From Candidatus Latescibacterota bacterium (GTDB taxonomy: Bacteria; Latescibacterota; UBA2968; UBA8231): a stretch of DNA of 30,958 bases. Positions 1-8,104 of the stretch are shown here, in pieces (positions within the stretch are counted from its first letter, which is position 1; each line of letters opens with the position of its first letter). The stretch covers positions 1-30,958 of the forward strand of contig CBDBIJ010000071.1 of assembly GCA_965205655.1 (NCBI GenBank). The letters run 5' to 3'. A model generated the notes under the pieces. The model worked only from the letters and a program-made list of their open reading frames with translations. It did not search any database and was not told the origin of the DNA. Position numbers and translations under genes: made by a program.

Positions 1-753
1 TCCTCGAGGCCCGAGAATGCACCGCTGACGACGAACAGGATGTTCCGCGTGTTGATTTTCTGTCGTTCAACCTTGCCCGTCTTCTGGATCTGGATGACCG
101 TTTCCATCTGCGACGATAAGTCGTGCGGAGAGCGCAAGTCGACCTCCGTTTCCTCCATCAACTTTAGAAGGTTCCGCTGAACCCCTGAGCGCGAGACGTC
201 CGGGCCGGCGCCGTTGCGAGACGCGGCGATCTTGTCGATTTCGTCGATGTAGATAATGCCGTGCTGGGCCAGCTCGATATCGCCTTGTGCCTCCGCCACG
301 AGACCGCGCACGAGGTCCTCCACGTCGCCACCGACATACCCTGTCTCGCTGAACTTGGTGGCGTCCGCTTTGATGAATGGGACGCCGAGTCTGTGGGGCT
401 ATGAGCTTGATGAGAAAAGTCTTCCCCACGCCGGTAGGGCCCACCATGAGGATGTTGTTCTTGATATTGCCCACAAGGTCTTCTTCCGGCTCGTCGTGTG
501 GCAAATTGAGACGGTTGAAGTGGGTACAGATCTTGGTGGCGAGGATGGCTTTCGCCTCGTCCTGCCGAATGACGTATTCGTCGAGATAGGCGATGAGCTC
601 TTCTGGTTTGAGGTGAAACTGGAGCCGTTCTTGGGGAGATGGCGTGCCGGCGCCCGGCTCGGAGCCGGCCGTTTCCGCTTCCGGAGACGATTGGGACTGC
701 TCGACGTAATGCCGCGACAGAAACTCCCTCAGTTTTTCGGGATCGACACCCAT
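1..753 (-). CDS. clpX: ClpX-like AAA+ ATPase (partial at left edge; +1 frameshift in GGGG at 395-398; no N-terminal zinc-binding domain)
   Basis: The ORF gives [13 protein letters not shown]...[13 protein letters not shown] (Walker A). Removing one G at 395-398 continues it as [24 protein letters not shown]...[12 protein letters not shown] (Walker B)...[16 protein letters not shown]...[14 protein letters not shown], all ClpX-type motifs. Start is ATG 753, or possibly 762 or 774. Confidence 0.85.
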
Positions 754-834
754 TTTTTCCATTCTGACGTCCATAGTCACTCGTCTCGATCGTGCCACAA
801 CTCGTCTCGCCGACAATCGGACAGTTGCCAAGCC

Positions 835-863
835 AATATACTTGGCGCTATCGAGCTGAACAA
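835..863 (-). promoter_or_regulatory. Putative sigma70 promoter for the clpX-like gene
   Basis: Minus strand TTGTTC (863-858), 17-bp spacer, TATATT (840-835). The -10 lies inside the inverted repeat GCCAAG-N8-CTTGGC (827-846). Confidence 0.35.
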
Positions 864-958
864 GCGACTTGACTCTTCTCAGCTCAATCCAGTATCTCGT
901 ATGGTACTCGAATGACACCACTCGGACGCCGAGTCAACCTCGTCGCACAAGGACCCTT

Positions 959-3202
959 GTGAAAACACGCCGCTCGCTGCCGACCGTCGCGTTGTGTCTC
1001 GGCTTGTCGGCGTACGCGATACCATCTCAGCTGCAGAGCCAACCGCGTAAACACACCGCCTACTCCGTCGAGGGCGAGCGGCTGTTCGCCAAAGGACTCG
1101 AGAAGTATAGCGCCTACGACTACAACGCTGCCCGGAGCCACTTTGAAAAGCTCACCGGGCTCACTCTGAATCAACGCTTGAGTGCCGGCTTGCTCATGCT
1201 GAGCAAGACGTTGTTGAGGCTGGGCGAGATCGACCCGGCGCTGCAGGCGGCGAAGCGAATGGAGCGCGAATTCCAAGGAAGCCGCTATGCATCTGACGCG
1301 CGCCTGGTCGCCGGAGATTGTCTGTACCATCTCCGACGATACTACGAGGCAGCCGACCGCTACGGCCGGCTCCTGGCAACGGCAGCCCCGCTGCCGCTTC
1401 AGGCCAGCGCCGCCGAGCGCCTCGCTGGCATCGTCGAAAACGGTTTCATCACTTCCCAGGCACTGGATCGCATCAGCAGTCAGGTTGGCGCCAGCCGTCT
1501 GCGAGATGCTCTGCGGTTTGGGAAGGCCCGCTGGTACGGCCGTCTGGGCTGGGTTGAACAGAGCCGGGCAGCCATGCGGGCCTATGTGGACGGTGTGAGC
1601 AACGGAATTTTCACGGCCCTGGCACTCGAGAGTCTGCGCGCTGATACCATCGAACCGAAGGGGCCCGAGCGCGACGAGTTGGGGCGGCGAGAGCGCCCAC
1701 GGAGTCCCCGCGACAGCTCCGCTCAGTCAGTGAGGGATCGTCCCCGCTCCGAGTCGGATGGGACTCTGAACGGAGTCGTCAGCCGTTCGGATCGAAGACA
1801 GCGTTCCCTGTCGGGGCGTCCGGGCACACGAGAGCGGCCGCTGCTGGGTGCGGTGATGCCGCTGTCGGGGCCGGAACGGCATTTCGGGCGGGAGTTGCTC
1901 GCCGGCATCCGCCTCGCCAACGAGGACCTCGGTGAGCCATTCGAGATCGTCGAAGAGGATACGGGGCTCGACTACGGCGACCTGCCGATTTTTCAAAGCG
2001 AAAGCAGCCGACTGATCCGAACCGTGGAGGCGGTCGAAAGGCTGGTGCGGGAATGGGAAGTCGTGGCCATAATCGGTCCCGTGTTCAGTTCCTCCTGCGT
2101 GGCGGCCGCCAAGGTGGCGGATGCCGCAGGAGTGCCCCTTATCGCCCCACTGGCACAACAGAGCGGACTCGACCAGCTCGGTCAATCCGTGTTCCAGCTC
2201 AGTATCATTCCCGAAACGCAGGGTGCAGCTCTGGCCGAGTACGCCACGCTCGTGCTGGGACTCGAGACCCTCGTGGTCATGGCCCCGCTCAGCGACTACG
2301 GCTGGAGTTTCGACCAGTCGTTCACCGTCATCGCCGAGCGAAATGGCGGCACAGTCGTTCACCGTGAGTGGTATGTTCCGGTGGAGACGAAGGACTTCCA
2401 GCACCAGTTCGAGGCGATCCGGCAGGTGGGATTCAGCCTCATGCCTCCAACGCGCGCCGACTCGGCGATGTTCGATTCGCTGTCATTCGCCGTCCTCGAT
2501 GGCTCGACGTCTGGGGATGAAGTCTTCCTCGAAATGCTGGAAGCGAAGGGTGTGGAGGAGCCCCCGGATTCGTCCGCGATATTCATCGATTCCATAGACG
2601 GCATCGCTGTCGTAGTGGAGAGCTTCGAAGACGCCAGCACAATCGTGCCGCAGTTGCGCTTTCACCGCCTGCAGACCCAGATTCTCGGGAACGATATCTG
2701 GAACAATCCGGAAGCTATCAGACAGCTGAATTCCACTGATAAAGACTACATCAAGGGATCGATCTTCGTATCGGGGCGTTCCAGCTCTGCAGCGACCAGA
2801 GAGTTCGTCGACAGGTTCCGGAACCGGTTCAGCCGCGATCCGGGATATGCAGCTGCGGGATACGACGCGGCCAGAATCGTCATGAGCGGATGGCTCGATG
2901 GCCACGGGAGCAGTCGCGAGCTGAGGGAATGGCTCGCGGGACTCAGGGAGTACGAGGGGGTCGGCGGCCGTATCAGTTTCGCCGACGGTCGACGGAGCAA
3001 CAATGAGCTCACGTTGCTCACGATAGACTCCCGCGGCAAGGTGAGTCCCGTTAGCCTCCAGCAACTACCGGAGATCTACGTGCCGCCTGAGGATTTTCCA
3101 AAGGCCGACCTGTGGGACCTGCCCGAGGACTGGGACACGGATGGAGCTGGCGACCTGGAGCCCGTCGATCGGGGTCTGGACGATCCGGCGGTGGGGGAAT
3201 GA
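959..3202 (+). CDS. Exported TPR + type I periplasmic-binding-fold protein (LpoA/LppC-like penicillin-binding-protein activator family)
   Basis: GTG start gives a signal-like N-terminus (MKTRRSLPTVALCLGLSAYA) followed by TPR-like helices. The C-terminal domain has LGAVMPLSG, AIIGPVFS, PLIAP, AAAGYDAA and YEGVGGRISF motifs. Confidence 0.7.
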   Translation: MKTRRSLPTVALCLGLSAYAIPSQLQSQPRKHTAYSVEGERLFAKGLEKYSAYDYNAARSHFEKLTGLTLNQRLSAGLLMLSKTLLRLGEIDPALQAAKRMEREFQGSRYASDARLVAGDCLYHLRRYYEAADRYGRLLATAAPLPLQASAAERLAGIVENGFITSQALDRISSQVGASRLRDALRFGKARWYGRLGWVEQSRAAMRAYVDGVSNGIFTALALESLRADTIEPKGPERDELGRRERPRSPRDSSAQSVRDRPRSESDGTLNGVVSRSDRRQRSLSGRPGTRERPLLGAVMPLSGPERHFGRELLAGIRLANEDLGEPFEIVEEDTGLDYGDLPIFQSESSRLIRTVEAVERLVREWEVVAIIGPVFSSSCVAAAKVADAAGVPLIAPLAQQSGLDQLGQSVFQLSIIPETQGAALAEYATLVLGLETLVVMAPLSDYGWSFDQSFTVIAERNGGTVVHREWYVPVETKDFQHQFEAIRQVGFSLMPPTRADSAMFDSLSFAVLDGSTSGDEVFLEMLEAKGVEEPPDSSAIFIDSIDGIAVVVESFEDASTIVPQLRFHRLQTQILGNDIWNNPEAIRQLNSTDKDYIKGSIFVSGRSSSAATREFVDRFRNRFSRDPGYAAAGYDAARIVMSGWLDGHGSSRELREWLAGLREYEGVGGRISFADGRRSNNELTLLTIDSRGKVSPVSLQQLPEIYVPPEDFPKADLWDLPEDWDTDGAGDLEPVDRGLDDPAVGE

Positions 3203-3225
3203 CACCCGCGGCGCGGCGCCGATTC

Positions 3226-3285
3226 TTGCGCACCGCCGCTAAGTGCAGTACACTTTTGCGCACCGCCGCTAAGTGCAGTACACTT
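3226..3285 (+). repeat. Perfect 30-bp tandem duplication (2 copies), each copy a sigma70-like promoter core
   Basis: TTGCGCACCGCCGCTAAGTGCAGTACACTT at 3226-3255 and 3256-3285. Each copy reads TTGCGC-17bp-TACACT and contains the inverted repeat AAGTG-N5-CACTT. Confidence 0.9.
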
Positions 3286-3350
3286 TATAGTTTACTCGCG
3301 CAGGAGTGCGCAGGCGCGATTGGCTTTAGCGACCTGGGAATTTGAGACCC

Positions 3351-3680
3351 ATGCCGACGTACGAGTACGAGTGTCAGAAGTGCGGGCATCAGTTCGAGGT
3401 TTTTCAGAGCATCACGGCCGACCCGCTCAAACGGTGCAGCGCGGACGGCTGCAGCGGAAAGGTGCGACGATTGATCGGTGCGGGTGGAGGACTCCTGTTC
3501 AAGGGATCGGGGTTTTACATCACTGACTACCGTAGCGAGGGGTACAAGAGTGCCGAAAAGGCCGACCGCAAGGAAGGGAGTGGGAAAGGTGGCAAGGGAG
3601 GGGAGAAGTCCGACAGCAAGAAAACGAGCGAGTCGAGTTCCGGTGCCACCCCGAAGAGCACGGCAGACAAGAGCGAGTGA
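3351..3680 (+). CDS. FmdB-family zinc-ribbon putative regulatory protein
   Basis: MPTYEYECQKCGHQFEVFQ...C-x4-C...FKGSGFYITDY signature, with a low-complexity K/S/G-rich tail. Confidence 0.9.
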   Translation: MPTYEYECQKCGHQFEVFQSITADPLKRCSADGCSGKVRRLIGAGGGLLFKGSGFYITDYRSEGYKSAEKADRKEGSGKGGKGGEKSDSKKTSESSSGATPKSTADKSE

Positions 3681-3693
3681 GTAACACACAATC

Positions 3694-4194
3694 GTGTTCG
3701 GATTCACCGCAACTCTCCTCGCGATAGCCTTCGCCGTAATCAGCTGCGGTGAGGAACAGCCGACACACCTTCTTACCGCCGCCGGGGAGGCCGCCCAAAG
3801 GGCGTCTGGGGATTCGGTAGCACTCGGCGAAGCGATTGTCCTCTACGAGGAATTTCGGAGCCGATTTCCGCATCATGAGAGCTCTGCGAAGGCGTTGAAG
3901 ATGGTTGCCATGCTGACGCAGCAGCAGGGTGATATGAGCGGTGCTGTGGCGAAATACAATCAGCTGCTCGCCGACTATCCGGACAGCGAATACGCAGATG
4001 AGGCGCAGTTCATGGTCGGCTTCATCTTCGAGGAGCACCTGCGGGATCTGGACAAGGCCCGCCAGGCCTATCAGAAAGTCATCGACGAATACCCGGATTC
4101 CGACCTCGCGACCAGTGCCCGACAGCTTCTTCCGCACGTTGGGCGACCAGCGGAGGAATGGGTCACATTCAAGGAAGGGGTGCCAACTCAATAG
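3694..4194 (+). CDS. TPR lipoprotein (CpoB/YbgF- or BamD-like repeats)
   Basis: Hydrophobic leader ending in VISC (lipobox-like), then TPR repeats with YPDS turns (LLADYPDSEYA, VIDEYPDSDLA). Start position uncertain. Confidence 0.7.
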   Translation: MFGFTATLLAIAFAVISCGEEQPTHLLTAAGEAAQRASGDSVALGEAIVLYEEFRSRFPHHESSAKALKMVAMLTQQQGDMSGAVAKYNQLLADYPDSEYADEAQFMVGFIFEEHLRDLDKARQAYQKVIDEYPDSDLATSARQLLPHVGRPAEEWVTFKEGVPTQ

Positions 4195-4440
4195 ACGGCC
4201 GACCTCGGTCGCGCCCGCCGCCATGATTCGATCAACTGAGCTCTTGCCACTTCAGCATCCGCGCCTGCGACGTCACCGCGGGCCTTCCCGGCCCCTGCGT
4301 CTCCTTTCTGCTCCCTTGCCAGCCCTCCGACGCACCACTCGTCTTTCAACCAAAGCTGTGCAGCGCCTGCACTGCGGTGCCCGGCGTGGACGCCGACTTC
4401 GACAAGACGCGTCGGGTTTCCGCCTACTGAGGACAACGAA

Positions 4441-5436
4441 GTGGAAGCCAGCGCCGATATCAGCGCAGTAGCGCAGCGGATCAAGGAAGAGACAGTACAG
4501 CTAGACCGGCTCCTGCAGGAACTCGACCGCGTCATCGTCGGACAGCGATACATGGTTGAGCGAATTCTGATCGGTCTCTTGAGTAACGGTCATGTTCTGC
4601 TGGAGGGCGTGCCCGGTCTCGCCAAGACGTTAACTGTCAGTACCCTGGCGCGCGTCATTCGGGCGAGCTTCAAGCGCTTGCAGTTCACGCCGGATCTACT
4701 CCCCGCCGATCTGACGGGGACTCTCATCTTCAATCAGCGCACCGGCGAGTTCGTGCCGAAAAAGGGGCCGATTTTCGCAAATATTATCCTGGCGGATGAG
4801 GTGAATCGCGCCCCGGCCAAGGTTCAAAGTGCTCTGCTCGAGGCGATGCAGGAGAGGCAGGTGACGATCGGCGACGATACGTATCCACTCGATGATCCGT
4901 TTCTGGTTCTGGCGACGCAGAACCCCATCGAACAAGAGGGTACCTATCCTCTGCCCGAGGCGCAGATCGACCGATTTATGATGAAGGTGAAGGTTGGTTA
5001 TCCGTCCAAGGAGGAGGAGCGCCAGATCCTTGACAGGATGATTGATGATCCCAAGATCGACGTGCAATCACTCATCACTCCCGAAGACATTCGCCGCCTT
5101 CGTGAGGCGACTCAGATGGTGTACACCGACGACAAGATAAAAGACTACGTCGTCGATCTCGTGCACGCGACGCGGTTTCCCGACGAGGCCGGGATCGAGG
5201 ACATGGCCGAGCTCATCGACTACGGATCTTCGCCGCGTGCCACCCTATACCTTGCCCGTGCGGCGCGGGCTCACGCATTCATTCGCAGCAGGGGGTATGT
5301 CACACCCGAGGACGTAAAGGCGGTAGCGCCGGACGTCCTGAGGCATCGAATAGCGACGACGTATGAAGCCGAAGCCGAGGAAATCGACTCGGACGATCTC
5401 GTTCGGCGTCTTCTCGACAGTGTAGAAGTTCCGTAA
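4441..5436 (+). CDS. moxR: MoxR-family AAA+ ATPase
   Basis: GHVLLEGVPGLAKT, RLQFTPDLLPAD, LADEVNRAPAKVQSALLEAMQE, ATQNPIEQEGTYPLPEAQIDRF, GSSPRA, VLRHR. Confidence 0.95.
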   Translation: MEASADISAVAQRIKEETVQLDRLLQELDRVIVGQRYMVERILIGLLSNGHVLLEGVPGLAKTLTVSTLARVIRASFKRLQFTPDLLPADLTGTLIFNQRTGEFVPKKGPIFANIILADEVNRAPAKVQSALLEAMQERQVTIGDDTYPLDDPFLVLATQNPIEQEGTYPLPEAQIDRFMMKVKVGYPSKEEERQILDRMIDDPKIDVQSLITPEDIRRLREATQMVYTDDKIKDYVVDLVHATRFPDEAGIEDMAELIDYGSSPRATLYLARAARAHAFIRSRGYVTPEDVKAVAPDVLRHRIATTYEAEAEEIDSDDLVRRLLDSVEVP

Positions 5437-5444
5437 GGACCGTC

Positions 5445-6329
5445 GTGATCCCGAAAGAGATCCTCAGGAAGGTACGCCTCATCGAAATCCGCACGAGCAG
5501 CATGGTAAACAGCCTGTTCGCGGGAGAGTACCATTCGGTGTTCAAGGGTCGAGGGATGGAGTTCGCCGAGGTGCGGGAGTACCAGGCCGGAGATGAGGTG
5601 AGGAGTATCGACTGGAACGTGACGGCTCGCGTGGGCCGACCGTTCGTGAAGGTCTTCGACGAGGAGCGGGAGCTCACCGTCATGCTCGTCGTCGATGCCA
5701 GTGCCTCAGGGTCATTCGGCAGCGGAGCTCAGATGAAGGGGGAGGTGGGCGTCGAGATATCAGCCCTGCTCGCCTTCGCGGCGATAAAGAACAACGATCG
5801 CGTCGGGTTGCTCATCTTCACTGACGAGGTGGAGGTTTTCGTGCCCCCAAAGAAGGGACGCCGGCATGTCCTGCGGGTCATAAGGGAGCTGCTGTTTTTC
5901 CAGCCCCGTGGGATCGGGACGTCCATCGAAACGTCTCTGGAATACCTGGACCGGGTTCTGCACCGGCACAGCGTCGTGTTTCTGATATCCGACTTTATGG
6001 ATTCCGACTACGAGGCGGGTCTGCAACGCGTGAGCCGGCGGCACGACCTGATCGCCGTGACGATGGTCGATCCACGGGAGCGGCGGCTCCCCGCAGTCGG
6101 TTTTCTTACATTGCACGATCCGGAGACCGGGGCGCAGATGCTCCTGGACAGCAGCAGCACTATCGTGCGTGATACATTCGCCAGGTCTCAACGCCTGGCG
6201 GCCGATGAGCGAACTCGAATGTTCCGACGTCTCGGTGTGGACGAAATTCAGGTGGATCCCACGAAATCCTACGTGGAACCCCTCGTCCACTTTTTCAAAG
6301 CTCGCGTAAGGCGATCTTCGTTCGCGTAA
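5445..6329 (+). CDS. DUF58 / vWA-like MoxR partner protein
   Basis: GEYHSVFKGRGMEFAEVREYQAGDEVRSIDWNVTAR, VKVFDEERE, DASAS, ISDF; directly follows moxR. Confidence 0.93.
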   Translation: MIPKEILRKVRLIEIRTSSMVNSLFAGEYHSVFKGRGMEFAEVREYQAGDEVRSIDWNVTARVGRPFVKVFDEERELTVMLVVDASASGSFGSGAQMKGEVGVEISALLAFAAIKNNDRVGLLIFTDEVEVFVPPKKGRRHVLRVIRELLFFQPRGIGTSIETSLEYLDRVLHRHSVVFLISDFMDSDYEAGLQRVSRRHDLIAVTMVDPRERRLPAVGFLTLHDPETGAQMLLDSSSTIVRDTFARSQRLAADERTRMFRRLGVDEIQVDPTKSYVEPLVHFFKARVRRSSFA

Positions 6330-6367
6330 AGCGGACCAGACTCAGACCACAACAGGAGGTATTCCTC

Positions 6368-7318
6368 GTGATCGAGGTGCGGGAACTCTCGAAGTACTAC
6401 GGTGATATAGCCGCTGTCGAAGGGATCAGCTTCAGCGCCCAGAAGGGAGAGATCCTGGGATTTCTCGGTCCGAACGGAGCCGGGAAGACGACGACGATGC
6501 GGATGTTGACCTGCTATCTGCCGCCAACGTCGGGCTCGGCGTCGGTTGCCGGGTTCGATGTCGAGGAGGAATCCAGGGAGGTCCGCAAAAGGATCGGATA
6601 CCTTCCTGAATTACCCCCGGTGTACGGGGATATGACGGTGCAGGCGTACCTCAATTTCGTCGCCAAGATCAAGGGCGTGCGCTCTGCGGAAATGAAACAG
6701 ACCCTCGAGGAAACGATGGAGCGCACGGCCGTCACTCACGTGCGCTCGACCGTTATCGGCCACCTGTCGAAGGGTTATCGACAGCGGGTGGGGCTGGCAC
6801 AGGCCCTGATTCACAATCCCGACGTCCTCATCTTCGATGAGCCTACGGCCGGATTGGATCCCAAGCAGATCATCGAAGTACGGGAGCTTATCAAAAGCCT
6901 CGGGGGGGATCACACGGTTATCCTGAGCACTCACATCCTGCCGGAAGTGAGCATGACCTGCGAGAAGATCGTCATCATCAGCAACGGACGCATCGTGGGG
7001 GAGGGTACCCCCGAGAGTCTCACGGCACAACTCAAGGAGGGGGAGATCCTGCGAGCGCAGATTACCGGCCCCAATTCCGAAGTGCGATCGATGCTCGAGA
7101 GCGTGCCGGGGGTTGTCGAAGTGAGGGAAGAGAAAGACGACAGCCTGTCGCCCGATGAGGGGGCCTACATCGTCGCGGCGGGACCGGCGCAGGACATCCG
7201 CGATCAACTCGCGAAAAAGGTGGTTGACGGGGGTTATGGTTTGCGCGAACTGCGGAGTCAGGAACTGAGCCTGGAAGACATTTTCCTCCAGCTCACTACC
7301 GAGGAGGGAAGTGACTGA
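6368..7318 (+). CDS. ABC transporter ATP-binding protein, GldA-like
   Basis: GPNGAGKTT (Walker A), LSKGYRQRVGLAQA (signature), DEPTAGLDP, STHILPEV, C-terminal SLEDIFLQLT. RBS AGGAGG upstream. Confidence 0.92.
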   Translation: MIEVRELSKYYGDIAAVEGISFSAQKGEILGFLGPNGAGKTTTMRMLTCYLPPTSGSASVAGFDVEEESREVRKRIGYLPELPPVYGDMTVQAYLNFVAKIKGVRSAEMKQTLEETMERTAVTHVRSTVIGHLSKGYRQRVGLAQALIHNPDVLIFDEPTAGLDPKQIIEVRELIKSLGGDHTVILSTHILPEVSMTCEKIVIISNGRIVGEGTPESLTAQLKEGEILRAQITGPNSEVRSMLESVPGVVEVREEKDDSLSPDEGAYIVAAGPAQDIRDQLAKKVVDGGYGLRELRSQELSLEDIFLQLTTEEGSD

Positions 7319-8104
7319 ATGCGGAACTTTCTCGCGATCTATACGAAAGAGATGCGCTCTTACTTCGTGTCGCCGGTGGCTTACGTCATCGCCGGCGTGT
7401 TTCTGTTTCTGTCAGGTTACCTGTTCCGCAACATTCTCATGCAGTTCAACTTTCTCTGTCTGCAATTCAGCCAGCGCTCGCAGTTCATGAGCGGCATGGG
7501 GATGCCGAACCTCAATCTGGACGAACTCGTCGTCACCCAGTTTTTCGCCGTCATGGATTTCATCTGGTTGCTCGTGGTCCCCATGCTGACGATGAGGCTC
7601 ATAGCCGAGGAGAAAAAGAGCGGTACGATCGAACTGCTGATGACGTCGCCAATTTCGACGATCGAAATTCTCCTGGGCAAATTCTTCGCCTGCTTCACGC
7701 TGTATACCCTCATCGTCGCACTGACGCTCGTGTACTGCGTCATCCTCGAGGTCTACGGAGATCCGGACTGGGGTCCGATCTGGTCGGCCTATCTGGGCTA
7801 CCTCCTCCTCGGGTCGACCTTTATCGGGGTGGGAATACTGGCCTCCTCGCTGACAGAAAACCAGATCGTCGCTGTTTTGCTCGCTTTCGGAGCCCTGCTG
7901 CTTCTCTGGCTCATCGACTGGTCCGCCAGTTTTGCGGGCCCCACAGCGGCCAAGATCCTGCAGTATATGTCCATTATCGGACACTTGCAGGATTTCCAGC
8001 GCGGTGTAATCGACACGAAGGACGTCGTCTTCTACCTCAGCTTTACCTCCTTTACACTGTTCCTGACCAGCAGGGCGCTCGAATCGCGTCGTTGGAGGAG
8101 ATGA
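7319..8104 (+). CDS. ABC-2 type permease, GldF-like
   Basis: KEMRSYFVSPVAY, PMLTMRLIAEEKKSGTIELLMTSP, ASSLTENQIVA, FQRGVIDTKDVVFY; about 6 TM segments. Confidence 0.9.
   Translation: MRNFLAIYTKEMRSYFVSPVAYVIAGVFLFLSGYLFRNILMQFNFLCLQFSQRSQFMSGMGMPNLNLDELVVTQFFAVMDFIWLLVVPMLTMRLIAEEKKSGTIELLMTSPISTIEILLGKFFACFTLYTLIVALTLVYCVILEVYGDPDWGPIWSAYLGYLLLGSTFIGVGILASSLTENQIVAVLLAFGALLLLWLIDWSASFAGPTAAKILQYMSIIGHLQDFQRGVIDTKDVVFYLSFTSFTLFLTSRALESRRWRR

Noticed and set aside
3226..3285. 30-bp repeat as a mini CRISPR array or CIRCE element
   Set aside because: The copies abut with no spacer and there are no cas genes. The GCAC...GTGC spacing does not fit CIRCE.
3351..3680. FmdB zinc ribbon acting in trans as the missing ClpX zinc domain
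   Set aside because: Different zinc-finger family, opposite strand and not adjacent; no supporting evidence.
3677..3696. Alternative GTG start for the TPR lipoprotein overlapping the FmdB stop (GTGA)
   Set aside because: It is out of frame by one base and would need an unverified indel.
4195..4440. Structured RNA or riboswitch upstream of moxR
   Set aside because: Only short 5-6 bp hairpins, as expected at this GC content, and no recognisable aptamer consensus.
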